IMG/VR virus record: IMGVR_UViG_3300033067_000616
Span: 150 to 64,149 of that record
From: a virus
Lineage: Duplodnaviria > Caudoviricetes
Length of the DNA stretch: 64,000 nt
Reading direction: 5' to 3' (one strand)
The translations under genes and the position numbers were made by a program. Every line of letters begins with the position of its first letter. Positions within the stretch are counted from its first letter, which is position 1. Shown here piece by piece: positions 15,358 to 24,318 of this stretch. The notes beneath the pieces are model-generated. The model was not told the origin of the DNA, did no database searches, and saw nothing but the letters and a program-made list of their open reading frames with translations.

Positions 15358-17545
15358 AAAGAAGAAGTTACTCCCAGCCATTTGCTTTAGCGGTAGGTTT
15401 GAGAAACGTGCAGACACTGCATGCATAGATCACAGCGGAGTCATCTGCTTGGACTTTGATGGATTTGACAGCGACCAAGAGCTAGAGGACTTTAAGTTTG
15501 ATTTGATGCTCGATAAGTTTACCTTATCGGTTTTCCTATCCCCGTCAGGTGATGGCCTCAAGGTGTTGGTCAAGATACCAAAAGACATTGAGAACCATAA
15601 GCTATACTTCAAAGGCCTAGAAAAATACTACAACCGCAAGGAGTTTGACACCACTAGTCAGAACCTCAGCCGTGTATGCTATGAGAGCTATGACCCTGAG
15701 TTGTACTACAACGCTGACGCTGAGCTGTTTACTGAGATGGTTAGGCCAACGGTTGCGCAGCAACGTGTTGCGCAAACAACAACCATCCGACTCAACGACT
15801 ACAATGAGATAGCCAGACGACTACTCACATGGTGGGGCAAGAGTTATGGCATGGTTCCAGGACATCGCAACAACAACCTATATGTGCTAGGCGTAGCGCT
15901 CAAGGAGTATGGCATCGACAAGACAATGGCCCACTCAATCATGAACGATCAGGATCAGGATGGTGAGATGGCGTCAGAGATAGTGACGATTGTGAACAGC
16001 GCATACAAGGACATGTCGACGTTTGGCACCAAGTTTTACGACGAGTTTGAGAACGTAAAGAACGAGCTAAAGAGAGGTGTTCCTGCAGAGGAGGTTGCTG
16101 AGAAGTACCAGATCGAGGAGCTGCCTGAGATCACTGAGTTCTGGACCAAGTCAAGCAAAGGTAAGGTTGAGGTGGTGCCGCACTTATTTAGATTGTTTCT
16201 AAATAACAACGGATTCTTTAAGTACTATCCACCCGGATCAAGGACGTTTGTGTTTGTTAGGGTGCTCGACAACTTGATGAGCGATGTGACTGACGACATG
16301 ATTAAGGACTTTGTGTTGGACTATCTGATGGACATTGATGACATGATGGTGTACAACTACTTCGCCATGAACACCAAGTTCTTTCAGGAGACGTTCTTAA
16401 ACTTTGTCCCCAAGATTGACGCTGTGTTCAAAGAGGATACCATCGACAGCGCTTACTTGTACTACTTGAACTGCGCTGTACAGATAACTAAGGATGGAGT
16501 TAATGTAATCGACTACAAGGACCTAGGTGGCCACGTATGGGAGATGCAGCGTATCAATCGTGAGTTTGTGTTCACAGATGATATCGGTGAAAACGAATTC
16601 GAGAGATTTGTTCACAACATCTCAGGAGACGACGAGTCACGCAAGCGATCGATGGAGTCAACTCTTGGTTACATGATGCACAGCTACAAGCCAGCAAGCT
16701 ATTGTCCGGCTGTCATTCTAAACGATGAGGTCATCAGCTCCAACCCAGAGGGTGGTACTGGTAAGGGTATCTTTGTCAACTCAATCAACCATATGAAAAA
16801 GATGGTCAAGATTGACGGTAAGGGGTTCAGCTTCCAAAAGTCATTCCCATACCAACGCGTGCAGGTTGACACTCAGGTGTTGGTCTTTGATGACGTGTCT
16901 AAGGGGTTTGCCTTTGAGAACTTATTCTCAGTGATCACCGAGGGTATAACACTAGAGAAAAAGAATAAGGATGAGATTCACATTCCTTTTGAGCGATCTC
17001 CAAAGATATTCATCACCACAAACTACGCCATCAAGGGCGCAGGGAACTCATTTGAGCGACGCAAATGGGACTTAGAGTTCAGACAGTACTACACCAAAGA
17101 AAAGACGCCTGAGGATGAGTTTGGTCACATGCTCTACAGCGGATGGGACGATGGTGAATGGGTGAAGTTCGATAACTACATGATCCGTAACCTTCAGTTG
17201 TATCTGAAGAAGGGATTGGTTGAGACTGAATTCAAGAACCTAAAGGTACGCAAGCTGATCGCTGAGACATCACCTGAGTTTTGGGAGTGGGCTACAGCTA
17301 GAGACAACATGGACACCAAGCCAAATGCCAAGTCAGTAGGCCAGGACATGCTCAATCGATTTGTTGCTGACTATCCAGACTACGACCGCTATGGTAGATA
17401 TAAGTTGTCAAACGCTAAGTTTTACCATTGGCTTGATGCGTATGGTGAGTATGCGTTCGGTCAGAAGCCAAGGGCATACAAGGGCATGAACGGCAAGGAG
17501 ATTCATTTTATTGTTAAAAATCCAATACAAACAAAGTTATGTTAG
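15212..17545 (+). CDS. Primase-helicase (BT4734/VirE-N primase domain, primase C-terminal domain, P-loop helicase)
   Basis: K..LPAICFSG.F..R.......HSG.ICLDFD; SPSGDGLK.LV; DQNLSR.CYESYDP; G.RNN; GGTGKG Walker A; FDD Walker B. Confidence 0.85.
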   Translation: MITYFQTVINTSKPFYVSLETALQRIREGKSQQIVEQVRALTQKDARNEKKKLLPAICFSGRFEKRADTACIDHSGVICLDFDGFDSDQELEDFKFDLMLDKFTLSVFLSPSGDGLKVLVKIPKDIENHKLYFKGLEKYYNRKEFDTTSQNLSRVCYESYDPELYYNADAELFTEMVRPTVAQQRVAQTTTIRLNDYNEIARRLLTWWGKSYGMVPGHRNNNLYVLGVALKEYGIDKTMAHSIMNDQDQDGEMASEIVTIVNSAYKDMSTFGTKFYDEFENVKNELKRGVPAEEVAEKYQIEELPEITEFWTKSSKGKVEVVPHLFRLFLNNNGFFKYYPPGSRTFVFVRVLDNLMSDVTDDMIKDFVLDYLMDIDDMMVYNYFAMNTKFFQETFLNFVPKIDAVFKEDTIDSAYLYYLNCAVQITKDGVNVIDYKDLGGHVWEMQRINREFVFTDDIGENEFERFVHNISGDDESRKRSMESTLGYMMHSYKPASYCPAVILNDEVISSNPEGGTGKGIFVNSINHMKKMVKIDGKGFSFQKSFPYQRVQVDTQVLVFDDVSKGFAFENLFSVITEGITLEKKNKDEIHIPFERSPKIFITTNYAIKGAGNSFERRKWDLEFRQYYTKEKTPEDEFGHMLYSGWDDGEWVKFDNYMIRNLQLYLKKGLVETEFKNLKVRKLIAETSPEFWEWATARDNMDTKPNAKSVGQDMLNRFVADYPDYDRYGRYKLSNAKFYHWLDAYGEYAFGQKPRAYKGMNGKEIHFIVKNPIQTKLC

Positions 17546-17793
17546 AAGAAATTTTAGAATGCTACCCGGACGATACCTTCTTAAAGGCTGATGGGTTTGA
17601 TGACGCCGTGATTGGCGTTGAGATAGCTGAGCCTATGCGGCTAGTCTATTCAGTTAAAAGAGTAATTGAGATACTTATTACTGAAGACGAGATGTCAATG
17701 GAAGATGCGATTGAGCACTTTGAGTTTAACATTCGCGGTAGCTATGTAGGTGAGCAAACACCTATCTGGTGCGATGACATGTATGAGTTATGA
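17539..17793 (+). CDS. Conserved hypothetical protein
   Basis: ADGFDDA.IG...RLVYS...M..EDA.E.FEFNI.G.Y.GE.TP. Confidence 0.6.
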   Translation: MLEEILECYPDDTFLKADGFDDAVIGVEIAEPMRLVYSVKRVIEILITEDEMSMEDAIEHFEFNIRGSYVGEQTPIWCDDMYEL

Positions 17794-18083
17794 ATCTGCC
17801 ATTAGTTATACTCCACAAGAGAATGGAGGCCACCATCGAGGTGATGAACATGAACAAAAGTAAAAAGATAAGCAAGGAGCTTGGAGATATGCTTAATTCG
17901 TATCTAAATGCCATAGGCTTAATCAGAGGCTTTCACATGGAGTGGTATGCTGACCCGTATTATGCCATCATGGCATTACGAAGAGAGTTATCATCGGTTA
18001 GTCAGTCAAAAGAGCTTACTGATGAATTGAATGCTGCAATTAAATTATTAAGAGATGAAGACGCTAAGAAGCTATCAAAGTGA
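17790..18083 (+). CDS. Hypothetical protein
   Basis: ORF track, coupled. Confidence 0.5.
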   Translation: MNLPLVILHKRMEATIEVMNMNKSKKISKELGDMLNSYLNAIGLIRGFHMEWYADPYYAIMALRRELSSVSQSKELTDELNAAIKLLRDEDAKKLSK

Positions 18084-19308
18084 TATCGCATCTAGGGGTG
18101 TAGAGATGCTAAAGAAGTACAATATCTTGTACTTAGCTATGGAGGTGCGAACCGGTAAGACGGCCACCTCCTTGGAGATAGCCAATATGTTTGGCGCTAA
18201 GAAGGTGTTGTTCCTTACAAAAAAGAAGGCCGTTGGATCAATCATGTTGGACTACGCAGAGTTTGGTCATGACTTTATGATTGAGGTAATTAACGATGAG
18301 TCTATGCATAAGGCACAGATGACTGACCCTGATCTAATCATTCACGATGAGCACCACAGGTTTGGTGCCTTCCCAAAGCCAGGGTTGTACACCAAGATGT
18401 ACAAGAAGATGTACAGCCACTTGCCAATGATATTCTTATCAGGCACACCATGCCCAGAGTCATACAGTCAGATGTACCATCAGTTCTGGGTAAGCGACCA
18501 TTCTCCATTCAAGGAGTACAAGAACTTCTACCGATGGGCCGATGACTACGTCAATAAGTTCGACCGGGTGATCAATGGATTCAAGGTAACTGACTACTCA
18601 AGTGGAATGGAGCTCAAGATCATGTCAAATGTGGCTCATCTGATGATCAGCTTCACGCAGTCACAGGCTGGCTTTGAGACATCGATCGAGGAGGAAGTTC
18701 TTTATGTCGACATGTCGGAGAAGACAAAGATGATTGTGAAGAAGTTGGAGCGCGACTTGGTTGTTGAAGGGAAGGACGAGGTGATACTTGGCGACACGCC
18801 GGTCAAGTTGATGCAGAAGCTCCATCAGTTGTGGAGTGGTACGGTGAAGTTTGAGAGTGGTAACAGCATGACGATTGACAACACCAAGTCTGAGTTTATC
18901 AGGGATCGATTCGATACCTTTAAGATTGGCGTCTTCTACAAGTTTAAGGAAGAGCTGAGCGCACTTAAGTCTGTCTTTGGCAAAGATTTGACTGAGAATT
19001 TGGAAGACTTTGATACCGGTCAGTATAAAGTAATTGCGCTGCAGATTGTATCAGGTCGCGAGGGTATATCGTTAAAGAACGCTGACTATGTGGTGTTCTA
19101 TAACATTGACTTCAGCGCGACGTCGTACTTTCAAGCAAAAGATAGAATGACCACTATGGATCGTAAGTTCAATAAGGTCTACTGGATATTCAGCGCAGGC
19201 GGCATTGAGGATAAGATCTACAAGGCGGTGAAGAGTAAGAAAAGCTATACATTAAATATTTTTAAGAAGGATTATGACACCAAAAAAGAAAGCGCAAGAA
19301 CTATTTGA
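18055..19308 (+). CDS. SF2 (SNF2-like) helicase
   Basis: LR.YQ, RTGKT Walker A, DEHH, LSGTP, SGREG+.L, QA.DR motifs. Confidence 0.85.
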   Translation: MKTLRSYQSDIASRGVEMLKKYNILYLAMEVRTGKTATSLEIANMFGAKKVLFLTKKKAVGSIMLDYAEFGHDFMIEVINDESMHKAQMTDPDLIIHDEHHRFGAFPKPGLYTKMYKKMYSHLPMIFLSGTPCPESYSQMYHQFWVSDHSPFKEYKNFYRWADDYVNKFDRVINGFKVTDYSSGMELKIMSNVAHLMISFTQSQAGFETSIEEEVLYVDMSEKTKMIVKKLERDLVVEGKDEVILGDTPVKLMQKLHQLWSGTVKFESGNSMTIDNTKSEFIRDRFDTFKIGVFYKFKEELSALKSVFGKDLTENLEDFDTGQYKVIALQIVSGREGISLKNADYVVFYNIDFSATSYFQAKDRMTTMDRKFNKVYWIFSAGGIEDKIYKAVKSKKSYTLNIFKKDYDTKKESARTI

Positions 19309-19480
19309 TAAATACTACATCATTTGTCAAGAGTTCACAGAGGAAATTCAGTGCAGCATACAAGCCGAGCAATGTGCATTGATTGCAGTTGATGAGATAT
19401 TATCAATGAAAATAGTTAGAAAAGATGATTTAACAGATGAATATTGGCAACAAGTTAAACAAGAAATAGAAAAGCTATGA
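19274..19480 (+). CDS. Cassette protein (paralog of 13275..13499)
   Basis: MTPK.KA.EL..KY...A..AVDEIL......YW..VK.EIEKL. Confidence 0.6.
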   Translation: MTPKKKAQELFDKYYIICQEFTEEIQCSIQAEQCALIAVDEILSMKIVRKDDLTDEYWQQVKQEIEKL

Positions 19481-19689
19481 ATATAAAGGAAATCACAAAC
19501 GAAAAATTAAAAAATATACCAGAAACACTTATAGCTTGTTTCTATGGAAATTTTGATCAAGGAGAGTTAGTCTTTTTTAATGATGAATTATATAAAATTG
19601 AAAAAACAGAGTATGTTTGGGCTTCTGAAAAAGTCAAAAAAGGATATAATATACTTACTATGAAAAAAGCAATAATCGAAAAGCTATGA
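19477..19689 (+). CDS. Hypothetical protein
   Basis: AT-rich; ends IEKL* like the previous ORF. Confidence 0.5.
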   Translation: MNIKEITNEKLKNIPETLIACFYGNFDQGELVFFNDELYKIEKTEYVWASEKVKKGYNILTMKKAIIEKL

Positions 19690-20057
19690 GCAAATTTGAA
19701 ATAGACTTCTTCGAGCTGGCATTCCTAGCCGAAGCATGTATACCACAGGTGCCAATCGCTAGGGCAATGTTCTGGCAAAGCCTTACTGACAAGTATTGGG
19801 AGCAGATGACAGATGAGCAGAGATATCGGTTGTTTGATTGGATGAACAGAAATGAGCGTTATAAGGAAAGCCTTACTAAGCATGATGACACCAAGGTATT
19901 CCATGCAAGGTTTGATCCTGACAACCAGTATAAGGTTTACACAACATTCAATAGAAAGGATACAAGCCACCGCGCGTTTAGAATGGACGGCCTGTATTAC
20001 ACCAAGCGCAATCAGTGGATTGATCCGGAGTATATAACCAAAGTTGAGAAGATATGA
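19686..20057 (+). CDS. Hypothetical protein
   Basis: ORF track. Confidence 0.55.
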   Translation: MSKFEIDFFELAFLAEACIPQVPIARAMFWQSLTDKYWEQMTDEQRYRLFDWMNRNERYKESLTKHDDTKVFHARFDPDNQYKVYTTFNRKDTSHRAFRMDGLYYTKRNQWIDPEYITKVEKI

Positions 20058-20518
20058 ACAGACTAGCATTAATACATGACTTTATTGAGATTCATGGACT
20101 TAAGAACAAATTAAGAAAAAGAGAGTTAGTATACAAGAGATACTACATCTACAACGAGCTTCGAGAGGCAGGCTTAAATCTAATGCAGACAGCTGAAGTA
20201 TTTGGAAAAAATCATGCAAGTATATTCCATGGACTTCGCGTGCATAGCGACATGCTTAGGTTTAGAGATGTTGTATACGCATCTGAAACCAAGTGTGTGG
20301 CTGATTACCTAGGAGATAGCAAGTTCATGCACAACCGAGGTATATATAGAAGAAAAATAGAGTATAATTTAAATGAAGATATATTAAATGCCAAAAGGAT
20401 AGAAGATTTTTTAAGAATAAAACGTAGGTTGAAGTTGGGTGTTTACGAAAAAACATCTACATTTGTAGGTGACCGAGCAGCAGATACAGTCGAAACTGAT
20501 CAAAAAGTTGGAGAGTGA
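20054..20518 (+). CDS. Second DnaA C-terminal-like HTH protein
   Basis: RKRELVYKR......LRE.G......A..FGKNHASI.HG. Confidence 0.55.
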   Translation: MNRLALIHDFIEIHGLKNKLRKRELVYKRYYIYNELREAGLNLMQTAEVFGKNHASIFHGLRVHSDMLRFRDVVYASETKCVADYLGDSKFMHNRGIYRRKIEYNLNEDILNAKRIEDFLRIKRRLKLGVYEKTSTFVGDRAADTVETDQKVGE

Positions 20519-20726
20519 GGGCTTTTATGTGCTCAAGCTATCGGTTACAAATAAGCCGGGGATCCCTGACTTGATAGCCATACCAAAGAACTCAGATGTT
20601 AAATTTATAGAAGTAAAACGTCCAGGACACAAGCCGAGACCTCTGCAGGTTTATAGAATTAAGGAGCTACAGAACCACGGAGTATCGGCTACCTGGTATA
20701 ATGGTGAGTATTATGATATCGAATGA
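20469..20726 (+). CDS. VRR-NUC domain nuclease (Holliday junction resolvase-like)
   Basis: EQQIQ.K+.K.LE..G..V.KL......G.PDL........FIEVK......PLQ. Confidence 0.85.
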   Translation: MTEQQIQSKLIKKLESEGFYVLKLSVTNKPGIPDLIAIPKNSDVKFIEVKRPGHKPRPLQVYRIKELQNHGVSATWYNGEYYDIE

Positions 20727-20979
20727 AAAGAAATTAGCTGCTGTTATTGGCATTCTTCCAGTCATGATGGACTTCATGGAAGACATCAGAGAAGATTATC
20801 CACACGTATATGACAAGAGAATAAAAAAGTCGGGCAATGATTTCATTGAGGCTGTTGAAAAGTCGATCAACCATTTGTACAAGAAGATGGATCATGAGCA
20901 GGAGAAAGATGTGCATGAATTTTACTATGAACTTGTCAACATGGGTAACTACTTCAGACAATGGCTAGAGGATTTATAA
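20701..20979 (+). CDS. Hypothetical protein
   Basis: ORF track. Confidence 0.5.
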   Translation: MVSIMISNEKKLAAVIGILPVMMDFMEDIREDYPHVYDKRIKKSGNDFIEAVEKSINHLYKKMDHEQEKDVHEFYYELVNMGNYFRQWLEDL

Positions 20980-21149
20980 AGTTCACAATCATCTGGATCA
21001 GCCAAAATTTGGCCATTCCTTTTTGGGTGGTTGGGCATGTGCACTTGAGCTTGAATGTGTATAGGGACATACATGAGATACTCATGTCTGTCGGCATGAA
21101 CATCATTGTAGCGATAGGATTTTATTTAGATTACAAGAGGGGAGTTTAG
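20961..21149 (+). CDS. Small membrane protein
   Basis: WISQNL.IPFW.VGH.HLS...EI..S.GMN.IV..GF. Confidence 0.55.
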   Translation: MARGFIKFTIIWISQNLAIPFWVVGHVHLSLNVYRDIHEILMSVGMNIIVAIGFYLDYKRGV

Positions 21150-21329
21150 TTTAATATTAACCTTTAAAACAAAAGGCAGATTTTAGATTAAGTCAGGAGC
21201 CTCCCCTCTTTTTAATATTGAACCTCGTAGTCTCTCAACGATGCGCACTATCGAGAGTACGATGGACAGGGCAGCTGACTGATTCCATCTAGCTGTGTAA
21301 GGCAGGAGGCCCCTTCGCTTACACACGCC

Positions 21330-21356
21330 ACCAAGCTAGAGTCGGGTGGTTTTTGT
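21330..21356 (+). terminator. Terminator-like hairpin
   Basis: ccacc...ggtgg followed by ttttt. Confidence 0.45.
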
Positions 21357-21391
21357 TCACGTATCGTGAACGGTTGGAATAAATGAACAAT

Positions 21392-21557
21392 GGTCAGGTG
21401 GCGGAATGGTGTTGATGTGACACGGCAGTGTACGAAGCCCAAGGTAGACGCTAATAGACGAAAAATAGGTTTCATGCTGTGAGGTCGACTTAATCAGCAT
21501 GCCTAGAAGTAGAAAAGAGGGATAAGCTCCATGCCCGTTCGAATCGGGCCCTGACCG
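21392..21557 (+). ncRNA. tRNA-like RNA with an expanded D-loop and a replaced anticodon/variable arm
   Basis: Acceptor ggtcagg/cctgacc; TGGCGGAATGGT..AGACGC D-arm of type II tRNAs; T-arm gcccg-TTCGAAT-cgggc; 35-nt D-loop insert; about 80 nt in place of the anticodon arm. Confidence 0.7.
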
Positions 21558-21724
21558 CACTAGCGGTGCTGTTATTGGTTGAGCAAACCGATTGAACCGT
21601 ACCCCACTCGACTGCTCACTTAGGTGAACACCGAGGACCCCCCGGTGATACGTTGCCGGGGTAATTTACTTAAACCACGCCAAAACCACTTAATATTAAG
21701 CACATTTGGCGAAATATAGATAAC

Positions 21725-22024
21725 ATGAGAAAGTTAGGACAACGTAAGATACCAATCAGCATTACTAAGTACACGTTAGCTAGATACAACGATTGGAAGA
21801 CGATGCGCGGAGCGAACATCGGTTGGGTGGAGTGGAGCGATGACGGAAAATTTAAATATCTTCATCAGAAGCCAGCCGTTGGTCTATCGCTCATCTTAGA
21901 CCCACACAGTTGGGTATACACATGGCTTACTACTCCTGTAACCGAGATAGTAGAGCAGGGTGATAGCCACATAGTATTCAAGACAGAGAACTCAAACTAC
22001 GAATTGACATGGATAGACAAATAG
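21725..22024 (+). CDS. Conserved hypothetical protein
   Basis: GW.EW..DG.FK..H..P.VG.SLILDP....YTWLTT.VTEI. Confidence 0.55.
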   Translation: MRKLGQRKIPISITKYTLARYNDWKTMRGANIGWVEWSDDGKFKYLHQKPAVGLSLILDPHSWVYTWLTTPVTEIVEQGDSHIVFKTENSNYELTWIDK

Positions 22025-22497
22025 TTTACAACTCAGTGACCTGCCTAGAGTGCAACGATACCATCGTTAGTTATCATCGTCATGACTACGACACCTGTAG
22101 TTGCCCTAACGAGGCCATGGTGGACGGAGGAACAGCCTACCTCAGATACGGTGCTAAAGACATGAGCAAGATTAAGCTCTTCACTGTTTACGCTGACGAT
22201 GACTACGAGATAGTGCGTAAGTACGCAACGAGAGGGAGCCGTGGTAAGGATGGCAAGCAGCCACTAACATGGATTGCGATATGCGATATGGAAGATGACC
22301 ACTTGGAGGCTGTGTTAGACTACGGTGGAGCTGACTGGCACATGGAGCTTATCCGCAAGGAGATTGAGTACAGGGAATTTAAAACCCATCAAAAGGAAAA
22401 CATCATTGAGCTAATGAACATGGATAGCTACGAAGACGAGCCAAAATTATGCGCCTGCTACGGCAGTAATGAAATCCACGAGTGCAATTGTAAATAG
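22009..22497 (+). CDS. Zn-ribbon hypothetical protein
   Basis: C..C.D.I.S.HRHD...C.C.....VDGG..YLR. Confidence 0.6.
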   Translation: MDRQIVYNSVTCLECNDTIVSYHRHDYDTCSCPNEAMVDGGTAYLRYGAKDMSKIKLFTVYADDDYEIVRKYATRGSRGKDGKQPLTWIAICDMEDDHLEAVLDYGGADWHMELIRKEIEYREFKTHQKENIIELMNMDSYEDEPKLCACYGSNEIHECNCK

Positions 22498-22605
22498 GGA
22501 CAATTTGTCCCCAAGTAAACCAAAAAATGCTACGCTAAACACGGTTAGTTTATTGTAGCAAAAATAAGCCACTAAATGCCGTTTGGTGGTTAAAATTAGA
22601 AACCT

Positions 22606-23322
22606 AAATCAGAATAATATGAAAGTAAAATGGAGCGAAGTAATGAAAGCTGCTCATGAAAGCGGATTTACCGATGAAGAATACGGATTAATTTATGTTA
22701 AATCTCCGTTGGATGAAACCATAGGTGTTGAGGAGTATTCTATTGGCGAAAGTTTGAAAAAACTACTTGAGAAAATTGGTGTCGAAGTTGAAGTTGATGT
22801 AACCTTTAAATCAGAATAACATGAAGACAGTAATGCAAGAGTTTGCCGATAAATTAGAACAAATGGCAATAGCAAAAGAGCAAGAAGGTAGTGCTTGCGC
22901 AGGAGTATGGAATACTATTCATCATTGGGCAACTCAAATGATTGACAAAGAAAAGGAGCAGATGATTAATTTTGGATTCAAGATAGCAGAGGAGGCTAAT
23001 AATTTAATTGAACCAACTGTAGAACCTTATGAAAAATCAGAAATTGAGGAGAGATTCTACAACCAAATCTTTAAATCAGAATAAGATGGGACTAATCAAA
23101 GACAAAGCCAATAGTCTAAAAAAAGGCCCTTGGTATAAGAAATTAAGAAGGTGGATAAAGTTTAAACTATGGCTATGGAAAAACGGAATAAGATGAAGGA
23201 AACCAAGAAGATAACCGTATGGGTTAAGAATAAGCTATGGGGTCGCTATCTATTAGCAATCAGAAAGAAATTGTACAAGAATAGCTTTGAGATGTTCTGC
23301 AAACAAAAATTTAAATCAGAAT
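22606..23322 (+). repeat. Cassette array 2: ORFs ending FKSE* delimited by AAATCAGAAT
   Basis: Motif at 22606, 22808, 23073, 23313, each just before an ATG (ORFs 22619..22819, 22821..23084, a short pair 23087-23323, 23326..23565). Confidence 0.7.
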
Positions 23323-23590
23323 AATATGAACGAAGTAGAGATATTCATCAACAGACTAAAGAAGATTGGCATCGAGTTGGAGCTTGTTGGTAACGTCCCT
23401 TGGATATACCTAGAGAGCGTTAACGGGAACAAGGTAAGACCTGAGGACTACAGCGCTAATCACGGCTACACCATCGCTTGGTATCCTATTTGGCACAACG
23501 ACACCGTTAAGCTAGATTCGGATTTAAACCGAACTTTTGACATCATTAGAAAGTATAAGGGGTAATTATTGCCACATAAATTAAATAGAA

Positions 23591-24268
23591 ATGAAGAACA
23601 CTGTAGAATTATTAGGCCACTACGGATCAGACAGTATCCACGCTCAGTCGGCTTGGACGTCAACATCAAGAGACTTAACAGATGATAAGCTTGAGCGCAT
23701 CCCAAAATTACTAGAGATGTTGGCATCAGAAGGTCACCACACGCCATTTGAGAAGTCCTCGCTGCACTTCTTAGTCACGGTGGACCAAGCTTCACACATC
23801 CATCTTCTAAAGCATAGGATTGGATGTAGTATCAACGGTGAGTCTGCCCGCTACAAGGAGCTGAAGGAAGATAAAGCATACTACCCAACGGATTGGAGTG
23901 GGGTCTATAATAAATCAGGTAATGGTGGTGAAGATTGGATTCAAACTCTTGAAAGATATACTGAATTAGGTAATCACTTTTACCATAAATGCCTTGAAGA
24001 CCTAACACCTGTCTTAGGCCGCAAGCGCGCTAAGGAGTCGGCTCGGTTCTTTAAGACCTTCAACTCGCAAATCACCATGGACGTGATGTTCAATTGGAGA
24101 AGCTTCTATCACTTCCAGCAGCTCCGCAACAGCGAGCACGCTCAAAAAGAGATTAAAACTTTGGCAAATACTATGTTATATTTAGTAGAAAATATACCAA
24201 ATAACCCATTTAAAGATACTTTAGCTGCTTTTAATTTAATATCTGATAAAGATAATTTGCTTATTTAA
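23591..24268 (+). CDS. thyX: Flavin-dependent thymidylate synthase
   Basis: GH.TPFE, HLLKHRIG.SIN.ESARY, E.AR, N.RS..HF..LR...HAQ.EI. Confidence 0.92.
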   Translation: MKNTVELLGHYGSDSIHAQSAWTSTSRDLTDDKLERIPKLLEMLASEGHHTPFEKSSLHFLVTVDQASHIHLLKHRIGCSINGESARYKELKEDKAYYPTDWSGVYNKSGNGGEDWIQTLERYTELGNHFYHKCLEDLTPVLGRKRAKESARFFKTFNSQITMDVMFNWRSFYHFQQLRNSEHAQKEIKTLANTMLYLVENIPNNPFKDTLAAFNLISDKDNLLI

Positions 24269-24318
24269 GATATATTACTTACTTTTATAATTAGTTAAGT
24301 TAATAAAACATCTTAAAT

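Noticed and set aside
21392-21557. Standard tRNA-Leu or tmRNA
   Set aside because: No 5-bp anticodon stem with a 7-nt loop; no G3-U70 pair and no tag ORF
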